The notes under the pieces are model-generated. The model did no database searches. It saw only the letters and a program-made list of their open reading frames with translations, and was not told where the DNA came from. The translations under genes and the position numbers were made by a program. A stretch of 64,000 nt of DNA from a virus. The stretch lies in IMG/VR virus record IMGVR_UViG_3300036766_000889; one strand, 5' to 3'. Each line of letters starts with the position of its first letter. Position 1 is the stretch's first letter. Shown piece after piece: positions 52,833 through 63,988 of this stretch.

Positions 52833-53672
52833 TCAATCCCTGCTTGAAAACTTTTTACCACTACCAGACCCTCTCCCAAAGTTCTCAAATCCTTTAGGCA
52901 GATCCGGGTCCGGATCGGCAGAGCGTATGCGTCCTCTTTTCTTTTCGGGTGCGGGTCTAGTCGGTTCTTCTTGATTTTGATAACGTTTAGTCGGTTGGGA
53001 AGACTGAGACGCTATCGGCTCTGGAGCGAATGCCGATACTGCAGATTGAGAATCGGGAGAATGCGCGAGTGATATGCGCGGTATGACGAGCTCATTCATC
53101 GCACCTTTTAAAATACTCCAAACTGAATCCGAGTATGAAACGCTTCCCTGACCAAACGGGCGATCATAATATGAAACAACCCATGTTGGAAGATCTCGGT
53201 CTAGCCTGATACAAATAGATTCTTCAAGTATGGCTGCAGCAGCCTTATTCTTTGATACAAGCTCTCCTAACTGAATTACACACAAAGCAGGAGGACCCAT
53301 CACTTCTTCAAGCGTATTAATTACTTCTCCGGCGTCGTCGCCTTTAGACTTTCTGGAAGTGCTACCAACGTATACGTCGCGAAGTTCTCGATCCGATGTT
53401 ATACGGACAAATTTTGATGAATTTATCATCATTGCAGCTTTGACTAGTGCGTACAAGTCTTCTCTGGCCGCTTTGATGAAATATGATTTTTTGATACCAC
53501 CCCGCAAGATGGGTAATTTTAGATGTTCATGTGTGAGGTCAGCACATCTAACGTAAGCTGGCATCGCCGCTGCCACTCTTCGTAAAACGGCACACTCACA
53601 CTCTTTCGGCATCATCCCATCCTGGCGTTCAATAACACCAGTATCACCACAATGCTCGCATGTCTTTCTCAT
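52833..53672 (-). CDS. helicase loader-like protein (degenerate DnaC/IstB-like)
   Basis: CEHCGDTG...ECEC zinc motif; adjacent to dnaB; no intact Walker A. Confidence 0.5.
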   Translation of the reverse strand: MRKTCEHCGDTGVIERQDGMMPKECECAVLRRVAAAMPAYVRCADLTHEHLKLPILRGGIKKSYFIKAAREDLYALVKAAMMINSSKFVRITSDRELRDVYVGSTSRKSKGDDAGEVINTLEEVMGPPALCVIQLGELVSKNKAAAAILEESICIRLDRDLPTWVVSYYDRPFGQGSVSYSDSVWSILKGAMNELVIPRISLAHSPDSQSAVSAFAPEPIASQSSQPTKRYQNQEEPTRPAPEKKRGRIRSADPDPDLPKGFENFGRGSGSGKKFSSRD

Positions 53673-53682
53673 CTGGATAACG

Positions 53683-55851
53683 TTACAGTAAATCAGACAA
53701 GTCTAGTTCGATCGTAGCCGTAGGGTTATCTTCCCAAACCTTTACGTTTTTCTGAGTCTTCTTAGTATCTTTCAGTTTTGCAGTTTTCAAAGTCTTCCCT
53801 GACGCAATTCTTGCGTTTACTTTTGCGAGTAGAGTACCCTTATCTCCAGCTTTACTTCCTGATTTCTGATTGAACTCTTGTCTCATCATGTTCATGACGT
53901 CTTTCACAACGTCCTTGTCACTAAAGTCCAACCCGCCTTTCAAAGCATCACCAGCTACCTTATCTATGAGTTTCTTCTTGTCTCGAAGAGCTTTGTAAAC
54001 GTTGTGGTCTATGGTCTTTTTCCCGCTCTTTTTCCTTGCAAGGAAATGGTGGGCTATAACAGTAGTATATGAAGACCCGATTCGGATCATACGACCGATT
54101 AACTGTACGTAGTCACCACAACTCCACGGTAGATCAATGAAAACAAAGTGTTCGGCTGACTGCAAGTTCAACGATTCCGCACCGGCAGTAGTGATCAATA
54201 TTACGTTTGTTCCGGAATTCATATCCTGAAACTTATTCTTCGATTCTTCTCTGATTTTTGGGTCGTTCTCTTTACCGGTTATTCGAACATATCTTATCCC
54301 ATTACGTTTGTTACCACTACCGTCAACCCACTTCGTTTCTTCAAGTGTCTTTCCAATAAGACTGATCATTTTTTCAAATCTTGAAAAAACAATGACTTTT
54401 TGTCCTTCGGCTTCGTCGAGAAGTAAATCGATGAGGGCATCAATTTTGCTTGAAGGACCATCAAATGGTTCGTCGTCTTCGTTCACCAACAAAAGCGGCG
54501 AGTTTACCGCTTGTTGAATCATCGTCATACTAGCTAAAACTTGACCGCTCGTAGTCTCATCATCATCCATGTCTTGCATTAGACCGGCTTCTGCCATGTC
54601 ATATAATTCTTCCTGCAAGTCATAAAGTTCACATTCAACTTCACGTGATAACAACTGAGGGAGTTCTTTAGCTACATCATGTTTCTTTCGTGAAAGATAG
54701 AATAACTCAATCCTTCGGACGAATTCATCCAAATTCTTATATCCGACGACAATCGGTACCTTACGCCCACCCCCTATATGCTGTAGTTTCGTTATGCAGA
54801 ATTCATCTTGAAAACGAGTAATTTTTGGAAAGAGATTCGGCTTGATTATGCGGAATAAGCTCCAAAACTCCATTAGTCTATTTTTCACCGGGGTGGCTGT
54901 CATCCCGTAGACTCGTTGACATTTGAGAGAAAGCGCCTGAACTTTCTGATGAAACTGACTCCTATGATTTTTTAATTTATGCATCTCGTCCATGACGAGC
55001 ATGAAACGAGTTTCAGGATGAAGTTCTTTCAAGTGAACAACATAATCTATTATTCCAGGGACCGTTATAGACGGATGAGCCTGATCAGTTAATTTTTGAA
55101 CGTTCGAGTTCAAAGCATTCAGTTTATCACGAGATATTCGGAACGATGACAAACGATCTGTGTCCTCGGAATCCCACCCAACGGGGGCTTGTATTCCCTT
55201 CGAATCGGAACTCATTTGATCACGAATATAATCTTGAACATCGAAAAGACGACTTTGAAAATGAGCGTCAAATTTTATCTCCTCCTCTTTTGCCAGTTTA
55301 CTTTCCTCTTTTGCATCAAAACGTGCTTTCTTTAGTTGGTCCCGTAGTAATTTCGGTACTTTTACCGAAGTATCGCGGATTACCGATGATTCCAGGTCAC
55401 GCATGACCGTGTCATATGTGATCAATAACAAACGCTTCTTCGATGACTCATGCTTAACGAAGAAACTTTCATATATGGCGCGACGTTCAAATGGTTCTCC
55501 GGATGCTGGGACGGCTTCCATGTTTTGCATGAAACGTTCGGTCTCAGCCACCCACTGAAATAGAGCTGATTTCGTGGTTATTATTATCGGAACATAGTCG
55601 GGTTCAACATCCCATATGTAACCGATGGCTGTTAAAGCAATAAGAGTTTTTCCAAGTCCAGTGTCATCACCCTCGATCATGCTCTCAAGTTGGAGTATAT
55701 TCATCACCCCAATTTTTTGATAATTTCTGAGAGTAACTGACTGTTCGTCCCCATATTCATTTACGTACGAATTTTTGAGGTATGAAGATGGTTTCATAAC
55801 CATTTCTTCTTTTAACCTAATTTCTCTAATTCGATCGATCACATCAGTCAT
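53683..55851 (-). CDS. SNF2-family helicase
   Basis: GDDTGLGKT, DEMH, TATPVKN, ESLNLQ, Q.IGRMIRIG. Confidence 0.92.
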   Translation of the reverse strand: MTDVIDRIREIRLKEEMVMKPSSYLKNSYVNEYGDEQSVTLRNYQKIGVMNILQLESMIEGDDTGLGKTLIALTAIGYIWDVEPDYVPIIITTKSALFQWVAETERFMQNMEAVPASGEPFERRAIYESFFVKHESSKKRLLLITYDTVMRDLESSVIRDTSVKVPKLLRDQLKKARFDAKEESKLAKEEEIKFDAHFQSRLFDVQDYIRDQMSSDSKGIQAPVGWDSEDTDRLSSFRISRDKLNALNSNVQKLTDQAHPSITVPGIIDYVVHLKELHPETRFMLVMDEMHKLKNHRSQFHQKVQALSLKCQRVYGMTATPVKNRLMEFWSLFRIIKPNLFPKITRFQDEFCITKLQHIGGGRKVPIVVGYKNLDEFVRRIELFYLSRKKHDVAKELPQLLSREVECELYDLQEELYDMAEAGLMQDMDDDETTSGQVLASMTMIQQAVNSPLLLVNEDDEPFDGPSSKIDALIDLLLDEAEGQKVIVFSRFEKMISLIGKTLEETKWVDGSGNKRNGIRYVRITGKENDPKIREESKNKFQDMNSGTNVILITTAGAESLNLQSAEHFVFIDLPWSCGDYVQLIGRMIRIGSSYTTVIAHHFLARKKSGKKTIDHNVYKALRDKKKLIDKVAGDALKGGLDFSDKDVVKDVMNMMRQEFNQKSGSKAGDKGTLLAKVNARIASGKTLKTAKLKDTKKTQKNVKVWEDNPTATIELDLSDLL

Positions 55852-56090
55852 TGAAATTCTCCGCCATATGTCAATCCGTCAGTTCATACTTCAAATGTAT
55901 CATTTATGAATACGGTAGTGTTACGCCGCATAGATCACGCAAGGAATGAAGGATTCAATTGAAATCCTACATTTAACCCGGCAATTTTCAAAGTGAAGTT
56001 TACGGTCAATGGGAAAGTACAGGAAAAGATTAAACTTTGTATAGTTATTTAATGTATTCGTCAACAGTAGTATAAATCTCGATTACGAAT

Positions 56091-57041
56091 ATGACATTAC
56101 CAAAATATCTATACGATCCAGACAATTACGTAGAAGTACTCGGTAACTTCAATAAAATTGGGTCGGCGGCTGTTACAGCCGCTTCACGTATATATTTATC
56201 GAAGGGAGGAGGGGCATTACTTCCTACGACGATCCCGGGTCTGGTTATTGCACACAACTGTTACTGGCTTCCATTATTCCATGCTTGGTTAGTAGACGAC
56301 ATAATGAAACCGGCAACAATTTTAATATCCGGATTTAACGGAGCCCAATCAACTTTATGGATTGACCCGTCCACGGCATTCTTCGGGATCTGGAATGACT
56401 CGATGTGGCAGTCTTCCCCGCCAACAGGGGCACAATTATTGTCGATGCCTGGGGCGGGAAGTTTTCGTACTTCCAATAACTTCGATTGGACTTTCCCAAG
56501 AGTAGTAGTTAAAGAAGTTTCCTTGTACGAACTCGCATCTTCAGCATCTTTTAACATAATAGATCCTATTGGAGCTTATACACCAAGCTTGGGACTTTTC
56601 ATGATGCCCCCTGGGGTACTCGGAGATTTTCCAGTCTCTCTTGATTATGCAACTTTCGCGTTGAGTGAAGGTTATTGGAACCTGCGAATTCCACAGGGCT
56701 CCGTATTAGGTTTGACGGTAGAAGTAATGGTTGATTTCGCTGGAGTCCTTGCAACAGCCAACACTGTCATAGCCTATGTTGGAACCAAAGGAGAAGTTCT
56801 TGGTACAGATCGAAAATGGACTCCTCCGTACAACGGCGGAACATCAGACATAACCATTCCCGTAGGAAATGTAGCATCGTTGGATAATGGAATTCAGATA
56901 TTGACAATTCCTTTATTATTCTTCGTTAGTAACTACACGAATGAATACTATTTGAGAATCCAGCACCAAAATACAGTTACAATTTCTAGGATTCTTGGTA
57001 TACGAGTTGTTTATCTGGAAGCTGGCCTTAGAGGGCTTTGA
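56091..57041 (+). CDS. putative virion/tail-associated protein
   Basis: Beta-rich, G/S/T-rich; directly upstream of a fibre-assembly-like gene. Confidence 0.5.
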   Translation: MTLPKYLYDPDNYVEVLGNFNKIGSAAVTAASRIYLSKGGGALLPTTIPGLVIAHNCYWLPLFHAWLVDDIMKPATILISGFNGAQSTLWIDPSTAFFGIWNDSMWQSSPPTGAQLLSMPGAGSFRTSNNFDWTFPRVVVKEVSLYELASSASFNIIDPIGAYTPSLGLFMMPPGVLGDFPVSLDYATFALSEGYWNLRIPQGSVLGLTVEVMVDFAGVLATANTVIAYVGTKGEVLGTDRKWTPPYNGGTSDITIPVGNVASLDNGIQILTIPLLFFVSNYTNEYYLRIQHQNTVTISRILGIRVVYLEAGLRGL

Positions 57042-57047
57042 GGTGAT

Positions 57048-57665
57048 ATGATGGGTTTAGAAGAACATCCAAGTTTCCTCAAAATAGTGACAGACGATCA
57101 CCAATATACACTCGCACAAACTGCTAATGGTACGTTCAACGTTAACAAAATAAGCATTGATTTGCGTGCGTCCGGTATTACACAGTTACCACAAACGATA
57201 GGGATATCAAGTACATCTGTGACGTTTCGTTTTTCGGCTCCACTAAGTGTACCTGATAAAGACAGGCTCAACGCCGTAGTGGCCTCTCATACAGGCAATG
57301 GAACTTTGCTGGAACTTGCAAAAAGAACGAAGTCATTGTATGTTGATCAACGTACTACCGGTTTAATAGAACGTGGCACATTCGTTTACGATACTAAACA
57401 ATTCTCGACATCAAAGACAGCTCAGTTCAACACACACGTAATGTGGACACGTCGCAACGAATCTAGTTTTTCCTACCCTGTCGTGCGCGCAACGAAGGAC
57501 AACTTGTCAACAACGTCACTCGCAGACGCCACGGCAGTTGAAGCATTTTATGATGCTTCAGAGTCAGCAGTGCGTAGTATTCTAGACGCCGGTAACGCGC
57601 TCAAGACTCAAGTGAATGCCGCTACAACGGTAGAAGAAGTGAACGCCGTTATTGATAACCGCTAG
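57048..57665 (+). CDS. DUF4376-like tail fibre-associated protein
   Basis: C-terminal ...GNALKTQVNAATTVEEVNAVID. Confidence 0.6.
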   Translation: MMGLEEHPSFLKIVTDDHQYTLAQTANGTFNVNKISIDLRASGITQLPQTIGISSTSVTFRFSAPLSVPDKDRLNAVVASHTGNGTLLELAKRTKSLYVDQRTTGLIERGTFVYDTKQFSTSKTAQFNTHVMWTRRNESSFSYPVVRATKDNLSTTSLADATAVEAFYDASESAVRSILDAGNALKTQVNAATTVEEVNAVIDNR

Positions 57666-57673
57666 TTCGATAA

Positions 57674-58006
57674 TCATTCACACCCTGCGACGAAGAGCGA
57701 CGGCCCGCCATGGTGCGCGACTTGCGCCGCGTCGATAGCGCACGCCATCTCTTCCATGCCGCTCGCTCCGCCGTCACCGTGATTCCAAGCTTCGATCACA
57801 CCAGCAAGCGCCACCTTCAGCCGCGAGATCTCTGCCAGCGCGGCGTCACGCTCGCGCTCCGCATACTCGCCGCTCTCATAGAGCAATTGCGATTGCAGTT
57901 TTGAGAGGTCTAGCGCCTTGGTCAGCCGCGAGATCTCCTCCCGCGCTTCGTCGAGTTCACGGTGTGCGGACCGTAGTAGAGCAGTTTTATACTCACCGTC
58001 GATCAT
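57674..58006 (-). CDS. GC-rich coiled-coil hypothetical protein
   Basis: ERERDAALAEISRL repeats. Confidence 0.55.
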   Translation of the reverse strand: MIDGEYKTALLRSAHRELDEAREEISRLTKALDLSKLQSQLLYESGEYAERERDAALAEISRLKVALAGVIEAWNHGDGGASGMEEMACAIDAAQVAHHGGPSLFVAGCE

Positions 58007-58029
58007 CCTAGACCCATTCCATAAACATA

Positions 58030-58689
58030 CTAATTAAACGAAAAATACACCGAAGCTAGTAAACTTGATTCAAACCCATCATATATCAGTGAATACCCAA
58101 CGTACGGTCCGAAATTCTTTGTAAGATCGTAACCAAGTCCACCGCCACAAGAGTTCACACCAGTGTATAAAGCAGCGTTCAAGTCATCAATGTGGAAAAA
58201 GTCCCATCCAATGCCAGCATCAAAAATTCGCTTTTGTTTTTCGTCGAGTGTTTTGATAGCTTGAGGAAAGAAAAGTCCAACTTGTGCTCTGACCCTTAGG
58301 CGAAACATCGGATCAGGAGGCTCTGGGCGGTAATGAATTTGCGTTTGCAAGGTCATACCCATTTCACGTTCCAGTGTTTTCCCGATTTTAAGCTTGAACC
58401 TAATCGGATTTGCTTGACCGCCGTTCGTGTAAACTCGACCCTTCCAGTCCTGGATAATCGTTATCTTGTCATCAGTCGTGAGAACGGCAGGCGACTGATG
58501 AATGTCATCAAGTTCTTGAAGAGCACTCTTGATGTCACTGAGTTGCTCTTTCGTTATGCACCTTCCACCGGGTGGAGGTACACACTCTTGTACGGGAGCC
58601 GCTGATTGTACGGGGTCGACTGGCTGCGGTTCATCCGCGAATGCTAATGACGGGATAAGAAGAGCGACTACAAAAAATAATATCTTCAT
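58030..58689 (-). CDS. exported protein, C-terminal beta-barrel-like
   Basis: Signal peptide ending AFA; amphipathic strands ending YFSFN. Confidence 0.6.
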   Translation of the reverse strand: MKILFFVVALLIPSLAFADEPQPVDPVQSAAPVQECVPPPGGRCITKEQLSDIKSALQELDDIHQSPAVLTTDDKITIIQDWKGRVYTNGGQANPIRFKLKIGKTLEREMGMTLQTQIHYRPEPPDPMFRLRVRAQVGLFFPQAIKTLDEKQKRIFDAGIGWDFFHIDDLNAALYTGVNSCGGGLGYDLTKNFGPYVGYSLIYDGFESSLLASVYFSFN

Positions 58690-59189
58690 CCGAGATCCTT
58701 TAAGATCTTCTTAGTGTCTACACCTTTATCATGATTCGTGACTTCGTAAGTCGACGGAGCTATTAAAACAATCTGCTTGACGTCCTTGTTTTTCACGCCC
58801 GTAGGAAGCTTGATTGTCACATCTGGCTTACCGGGCTGAACGACCGTCACCGTATTTGGATCAGACAAAATGGATGGTGGTTTAATCGGGACGACAACAG
58901 GAGCTTGAACCCAACCTTTATCATCAGACTGACCGGGTTGGATGATTTGACCGGTCTCCGGGTCTTTACGTTCCGGTGGAGGTGTTGTTACAATAACATT
59001 CGGGTCATGCGTATTTTTATTCCACAACCACCCGAGAAGTCCACCGATTTGTACCTTCTTACCAAGGAACATCATCGCACCAGCTCCAACCACGAGCAAC
59101 ACTGTTGCTGCGGTGGCGAGCGGGTATCTGATCAAATAAGAAAAAGATACTTTTAACACACCATTAACCCATCCAAACAATTTATTCAT
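58686..59189 (-). CDS. membrane-anchored protein
   Basis: One TM helix and a Pro-rich domain. Confidence 0.6.
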   Translation of the reverse strand: MNKLFGWVNGVLKVSFSYLIRYPLATAATVLLVVGAGAMMFLGKKVQIGGLLGWLWNKNTHDPNVIVTTPPPERKDPETGQIIQPGQSDDKGWVQAPVVVPIKPPSILSDPNTVTVVQPGKPDVTIKLPTGVKNKDVKQIVLIAPSTYEVTNHDKGVDTKKILKDLG

Positions 59190-59363
59190 TGGATAACCTT
59201 TATTGAATTACAATTAAAGATTTCCGATCCTATAAACGAGACTCTTCAACCATGCCATGAACGTTGGCTTCGATTCAGAAGTTTTCGTATTGGGATTATT
59301 CATTATGTGTATAATTTACAATGATGTACATTCTGAATCGAGTGAAAGGTATATCATGACACA

Positions 59364-62348
59364 TCAAAAAACAAAATAGCGCTTAACGCTACCAAGCAGT
59401 ATACGTGAAGTAAGAGAAGAGTCAAACCCTAGGGATATGAACTTGTAAACATCAACAGATCCTACAGCATCTGAAAGCCACCCATCGTTCGGATTTTCCC
59501 ATATGATGGACGGACCCCAAGCACTAGGACCAGGAGTAACTTGAGCTCCTGCAAGAGTATGACTTATTATAACTTCGAAGTCATCACCAATCGTGTACGT
59601 CAAATTCGTAGACATATCGATCAGATTAACTAAGCATGCAACTCCAATATTAAATATGAATCGATCAGACCCTTCTACACAAACAAGTGAAAGAGGTCCG
59701 GCCGCTAGGATATTCACATAAGGAACCGGAGTGCCTCTCCTAACAGATTGGGCCTTGAGAGGCGACAACATGAAGTTAACTGCGCCAGTCGGGAGGGGCT
59801 TAGTCAAATAAGTCGGACTAGAATATGTAAAATATGGAGTTGAGTCCCAACCGGTCCAGGGGGCGTCGTTACCGGGCTCTTTCAAAGAAATACGGAAAGA
59901 CGGGAGACCGAAAAAAGAATAATCATCCAAGACAGTAGTTGCAGCACCTATTCCAGGAACATCTTTATTCCAGTTACCAAGGTTATCTAGATACGCATTT
60001 ACGGTGTCAATAGAAGACGATCCTGTTGTAGATGCAAAATAATACGATCTCAATGCAGTTGAAGTTGCTGTAAGATTCAAACCCTGCGTTACTAGTGAAA
60101 ACGTTGAGTCTTTCAGATTAATTTGAATACGAGGAACGTAAACGTTCTGTTCAAGACTCTCGTGGAAAGGGTCTCCAAGACTGAAAAGAGGAGTACCAAC
60201 TCGTGGAACACCAGACGATATGTCTGACGGAGAAATCGTAACAGGGCTTGTCCAGTCAAATTCAGTCCACGAAGTGTTGAGAGCAGCTGGACGAGTAGAA
60301 TATTGAGTCGTACCCTCCCATACGAGAATTCTCGTAGCGACGAGTCCCGCCACGTCTTTCGTGTAATTCGTTCCGTCGTATGTAGCGTTCCACGTTTCAA
60401 TAGTAATTCCTGGCGTATTCCCAAATTGATAGAGACGTGTCCTAACCTGATTATTTCCCAGGATGGACGTTGTTTCCAATAAAAGAGTCGGACCTAAAGA
60501 TAAATTAAACGAAGCCGTAACACGAGGCTTTAACTGATCACTAGCGCTACCGGTCAGTTGTTTCCCGAGATCCAGTTGTCCGACAGCCATGAATGGGAAA
60601 TGCTTCGGAATAATATTCGGAATGATCAGACCATCAGGACCGATAACCGGAGAAGAACCAAAATTCGACGTACCTCCTAGTGGGTTTATGGGAGGAAAAT
60701 CGTTTATTGACAAGAATTGTTGAACAATAGTATCCGTCCCATTAGGGACTTCACCGAGTTCCATCATTTCAGGAATCAGCGTATGAACGAACGGAGCAGG
60801 GGTCGGTTCGACACCGAGAGTAGAAACACTTGAAACGGGACTAGCACTAAATCCGAGCTTTGACATCACTGGTGCAAGCCCAGTAATTGTTATGGACGAG
60901 TTTTCAATATGGCTGGGGTTAGAGAAAACAATTTCATCGTTTCCGTACAGAGCAGCTATGCTACTGCCCTTAAAGGTTCCAGGAACGAGTCCAATCTTCT
61001 CGAGGGTGACCATGTAGTCAGCCGGTGATGAACCTCCTGGATTTCCCGGGTAAACAGTCAACGTTGAACCAGGCCCCGATGTATCAAGGCTCTTGATCAC
61101 CACTTTCAACTGATTGGTGATAGGGTCTATTACCTGAACAGCTTGACCCGCCGCACCAGCACCAACAATGGCGGCTTGAATGAAAGCGACTAGTTCACTA
61201 ACAGTAACAACACTTGGACCGGGGGTGAATTGAATTGGGAGCATCGTCTGGAAAGAAATGAAGAATGATTCAGATATTCCGAAAGAGTAAGGACCTGATA
61301 ATTCTGATTTTACGGTGGCCGCACCAGCCATGTACCCAGTGTCAATGAGTGTTCGGTTATTCCATTGGGTGTTAACCAGGTTTATTACACTTTGAGGGGA
61401 TGTAGGTACTGGTGAGAAGGTTACGGGAACATTCTGATTCAACCCTCGAACCGGGTCGAATATGTTAATTGTTACCGTATCAGCAGCGAGAAGGGAAGAG
61501 AAATCAGACCTATATGTAATGAGACTTGGACGAAGGAACCCTTTCCGAAAGAAAGACAGTTCGAATCTTTCGCCATTGATGTGGGGTCCGGGAAACTCAC
61601 GGAGGCGTGCGTACACCGGCTGTGCTGGTGGAACCTCTTCCGTATATCGAAGGTATCCGAGAGGCGCGGGGAAAGTTATGAGTGCCGTGTTGAAGGTTAC
61701 GGCCGGAGTCTGGTCGTCTCTCCGAAGGGATACATGCCCACCGAGACCATCTCTAGAAACGGTGATAACTCCCCGTCTCGGAGCCGTTATTCCATTTGAC
61801 ACAGATGGGCTCGTAGCGAACCCTAACTTCGTGAGGGTTCCTATCGTGACATCTGTTATCGTGACGAATGCTTCATCGCTGTATGTCCTACCCAGTGTAT
61901 CTGCACTGGTTAGGACAAGTTGACCTTTGATATTTTCCGCAACAGGTGTTGAAACACCAAATGGGCCCAGAGCCGTATTGATCATCGAGGCAACTCTCGA
62001 TGTTGTCAAAACCGGGTTGCCACTTATATTTACAATATCGGATACCAAAACGGTAACGGTAACCGGGTTCCCAGAATTAACTCCAGGAAGAATAATGGTG
62101 AAGCTATGGCCAACCGCAATGTTAATGAACGGCCCGAACCCTCCGTATAAAATGGCAGGAGCTGATTCATCAGCACCGTTTACGAGGCCGGTTACGGACT
62201 GTGCAAGAAATTCATCATATGATTGTGGCGGATTTAAGTTTATTAAATTCTGTACATCAGAACCGCCAAACTTAACGGAGCCTACCATGTCCATACGAAC
62301 GGACTTGGTTTTTAAATCCTTGATCTGATGTTTGCGCGGTTGTGTCAT
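59364..62348 (-). CDS. large virion structural protein (tail/baseplate/fibre-like)
   Basis: 994 aa, G/S/T/P-rich with repeated beta modules. Confidence 0.65.
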   Translation of the reverse strand: MTQPRKHQIKDLKTKSVRMDMVGSVKFGGSDVQNLINLNPPQSYDEFLAQSVTGLVNGADESAPAILYGGFGPFINIAVGHSFTIILPGVNSGNPVTVTVLVSDIVNISGNPVLTTSRVASMINTALGPFGVSTPVAENIKGQLVLTSADTLGRTYSDEAFVTITDVTIGTLTKLGFATSPSVSNGITAPRRGVITVSRDGLGGHVSLRRDDQTPAVTFNTALITFPAPLGYLRYTEEVPPAQPVYARLREFPGPHINGERFELSFFRKGFLRPSLITYRSDFSSLLAADTVTINIFDPVRGLNQNVPVTFSPVPTSPQSVINLVNTQWNNRTLIDTGYMAGAATVKSELSGPYSFGISESFFISFQTMLPIQFTPGPSVVTVSELVAFIQAAIVGAGAAGQAVQVIDPITNQLKVVIKSLDTSGPGSTLTVYPGNPGGSSPADYMVTLEKIGLVPGTFKGSSIAALYGNDEIVFSNPSHIENSSITITGLAPVMSKLGFSASPVSSVSTLGVEPTPAPFVHTLIPEMMELGEVPNGTDTIVQQFLSINDFPPINPLGGTSNFGSSPVIGPDGLIIPNIIPKHFPFMAVGQLDLGKQLTGSASDQLKPRVTASFNLSLGPTLLLETTSILGNNQVRTRLYQFGNTPGITIETWNATYDGTNYTKDVAGLVATRILVWEGTTQYSTRPAALNTSWTEFDWTSPVTISPSDISSGVPRVGTPLFSLGDPFHESLEQNVYVPRIQINLKDSTFSLVTQGLNLTATSTALRSYYFASTTGSSSIDTVNAYLDNLGNWNKDVPGIGAATTVLDDYSFFGLPSFRISLKEPGNDAPWTGWDSTPYFTYSSPTYLTKPLPTGAVNFMLSPLKAQSVRRGTPVPYVNILAAGPLSLVCVEGSDRFIFNIGVACLVNLIDMSTNLTYTIGDDFEVIISHTLAGAQVTPGPSAWGPSIIWENPNDGWLSDAVGSVDVYKFISLGFDSSLTSRILLGSVKRYFVF

Positions 62349-62383
62349 GATAAAGTCAAAGTGCTGGGCCGTCCTGTAAGGTT

Positions 62384-63988
62384 CTAAAAGGTCAAGTAAA
62401 ACAGCTCTAATAGGTCCCCAAGGACCACAGGGTCAAAAAGAGGCGGGTCGGGGATGTAGACCAAATTCTGATTGGTCGGACCACCAATAGTACAACTCGT
62501 CCCGTACGTTATTTTCACACCGTTCAAGAAAAATTGAACCGCAGTCGGATCAAGTGGCCTCTTACTAAGAGTGAAATCAGTTTGACCATTCGATGTAACA
62601 AGGAGAGTTTCTTGTACTTGTGATAGCAGCGGAACATCGCCTGAACCGTAGAATAGCGGATCGTCATAAATTTTATTGACAAAAACCGGTTTTTCAGACG
62701 GCTGAATAGAAGTGTCAACAAAACCGCGTCTCTTCTCAAGCGGACGTCCGAGAAGACGAAATCGGTCAGCAGCTGTAAATCCCTCGTTAGCTCCCGAAGC
62801 AGAGTGGGCAATCTCGGTATCGCGGAAATAAGCCGGGACTGCTTGTGTCACAACAACCATTTGCAGCTCAGAGCCCATATGAATTTCAGCCATTCCGACT
62901 GATTCCGGTTGAGACCGAACTAGGTATGCGTTAGCAAGAAGAACAGAGCCAACCTCAGAATTCGGTCTAGCCTTTTGGAACTTGGAAGAGATCACTCCAC
63001 CCGGCCATGGTCCAGTAGTCGAATACGCGGCCCCTCCACGGGTCGTCTTAAAGATTGCCGTATCCGTCGGGTTTTGAGTCCCATCGACTTTTACGATTGA
63101 CTCCATTCCAACCCCTGCAGATCCAGAGGTATTGCCGCAAATGAATTCAGTCCCCTCCCATGTAGAAGCTCCAGCTGCTCCTTGATTGGTGGATGACTCA
63201 TAATTCACATTGGAAAGAGTTCCCATGGACGAAGCTCCGACATTACTGAAGCTCCTCTGTTGCCAAAGAGTCTTACCACAGAAATCTTTGTCTCTGAAAT
63301 AAATACCAAGTGGTAGGTTAACGGTGCAACCAGCAAACTCTTGATGGACATCGTTATCATATCTCTCTGACAAGCCATGAAGAGCGAGTGGAGGACGAGT
63401 CGCAAGAGATGCTGGGTTTACAGGGAATTTTGGAGTCGACCAGTCTTCATACCCAACTCTGTTAACGGAAAACCTGCGCCAAAGGTCCACAGGACTTCCC
63501 TGATAATCAGGCGGGTTATTCGGGGCTTCAAAATCGTTCAAAAGAGGAAGAGGAACCGACCCGGAAAGTCGTCCCGTACCTAACGATGTAACGAAAGACG
63601 TTGAAGCCAAAACTTCGAAACCAGTCTTATTTGGCATCGTAAGGGATGCGACCGGCACGAGTGGACTAGCAGCAATTCCTGTGGCTTCACCAGGCGTCAG
63701 GGGTCCGAGTCTGTATAGGTCATCTGAGTACGCACTTTGGGTTCCGAACACATCGCCTTGATATGGCGCACGACTGTAATAAACCGTGAGTTCATTGTTC
63801 GAAGCGTCTGCAGATAGCGGTGCTGGTGAGATTAGACCAACTCCGTTACTCTCATGGCCCGTCGTAACGTCATCCGTGAAACTTTCTATTGCAAGAGACC
63901 CAGCTCCACCAGAAAGTTTCGTAATGCAAAGACGTCCGTTTGTCTGCAAGAACCCACGATCGAAACCGAATAGTGTGCACTCAATCAA
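62384..63988 (-). CDS. C-terminal part of a large virion structural protein, extends beyond the window
   Basis: Frame open to the window edge; C-terminal NGQTDFTL...FLNGVK module. Confidence 0.65.
   Translation of the reverse strand: MIECTLFGFDRGFLQTNGRLCITKLSGGAGSLAIESFTDDVTTGHESNGVGLISPAPLSADASNNELTVYYSRAPYQGDVFGTQSAYSDDLYRLGPLTPGEATGIAASPLVPVASLTMPNKTGFEVLASTSFVTSLGTGRLSGSVPLPLLNDFEAPNNPPDYQGSPVDLWRRFSVNRVGYEDWSTPKFPVNPASLATRPPLALHGLSERYDNDVHQEFAGCTVNLPLGIYFRDKDFCGKTLWQQRSFSNVGASSMGTLSNVNYESSTNQGAAGASTWEGTEFICGNTSGSAGVGMESIVKVDGTQNPTDTAIFKTTRGGAAYSTTGPWPGGVISSKFQKARPNSEVGSVLLANAYLVRSQPESVGMAEIHMGSELQMVVVTQAVPAYFRDTEIAHSASGANEGFTAADRFRLLGRPLEKRRGFVDTSIQPSEKPVFVNKIYDDPLFYGSGDVPLLSQVQETLLVTSNGQTDFTLSKRPLDPTAVQFFLNGVKITYGTSCTIGGPTNQNLVYIPDPPLFDPVVLGDLLELFYLTF

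Noticed and set aside
56091-57665. Invertible tail-fibre cassette (opposite strand to other virion genes)
   Set aside because: No flanking inverted repeats or invertase seen
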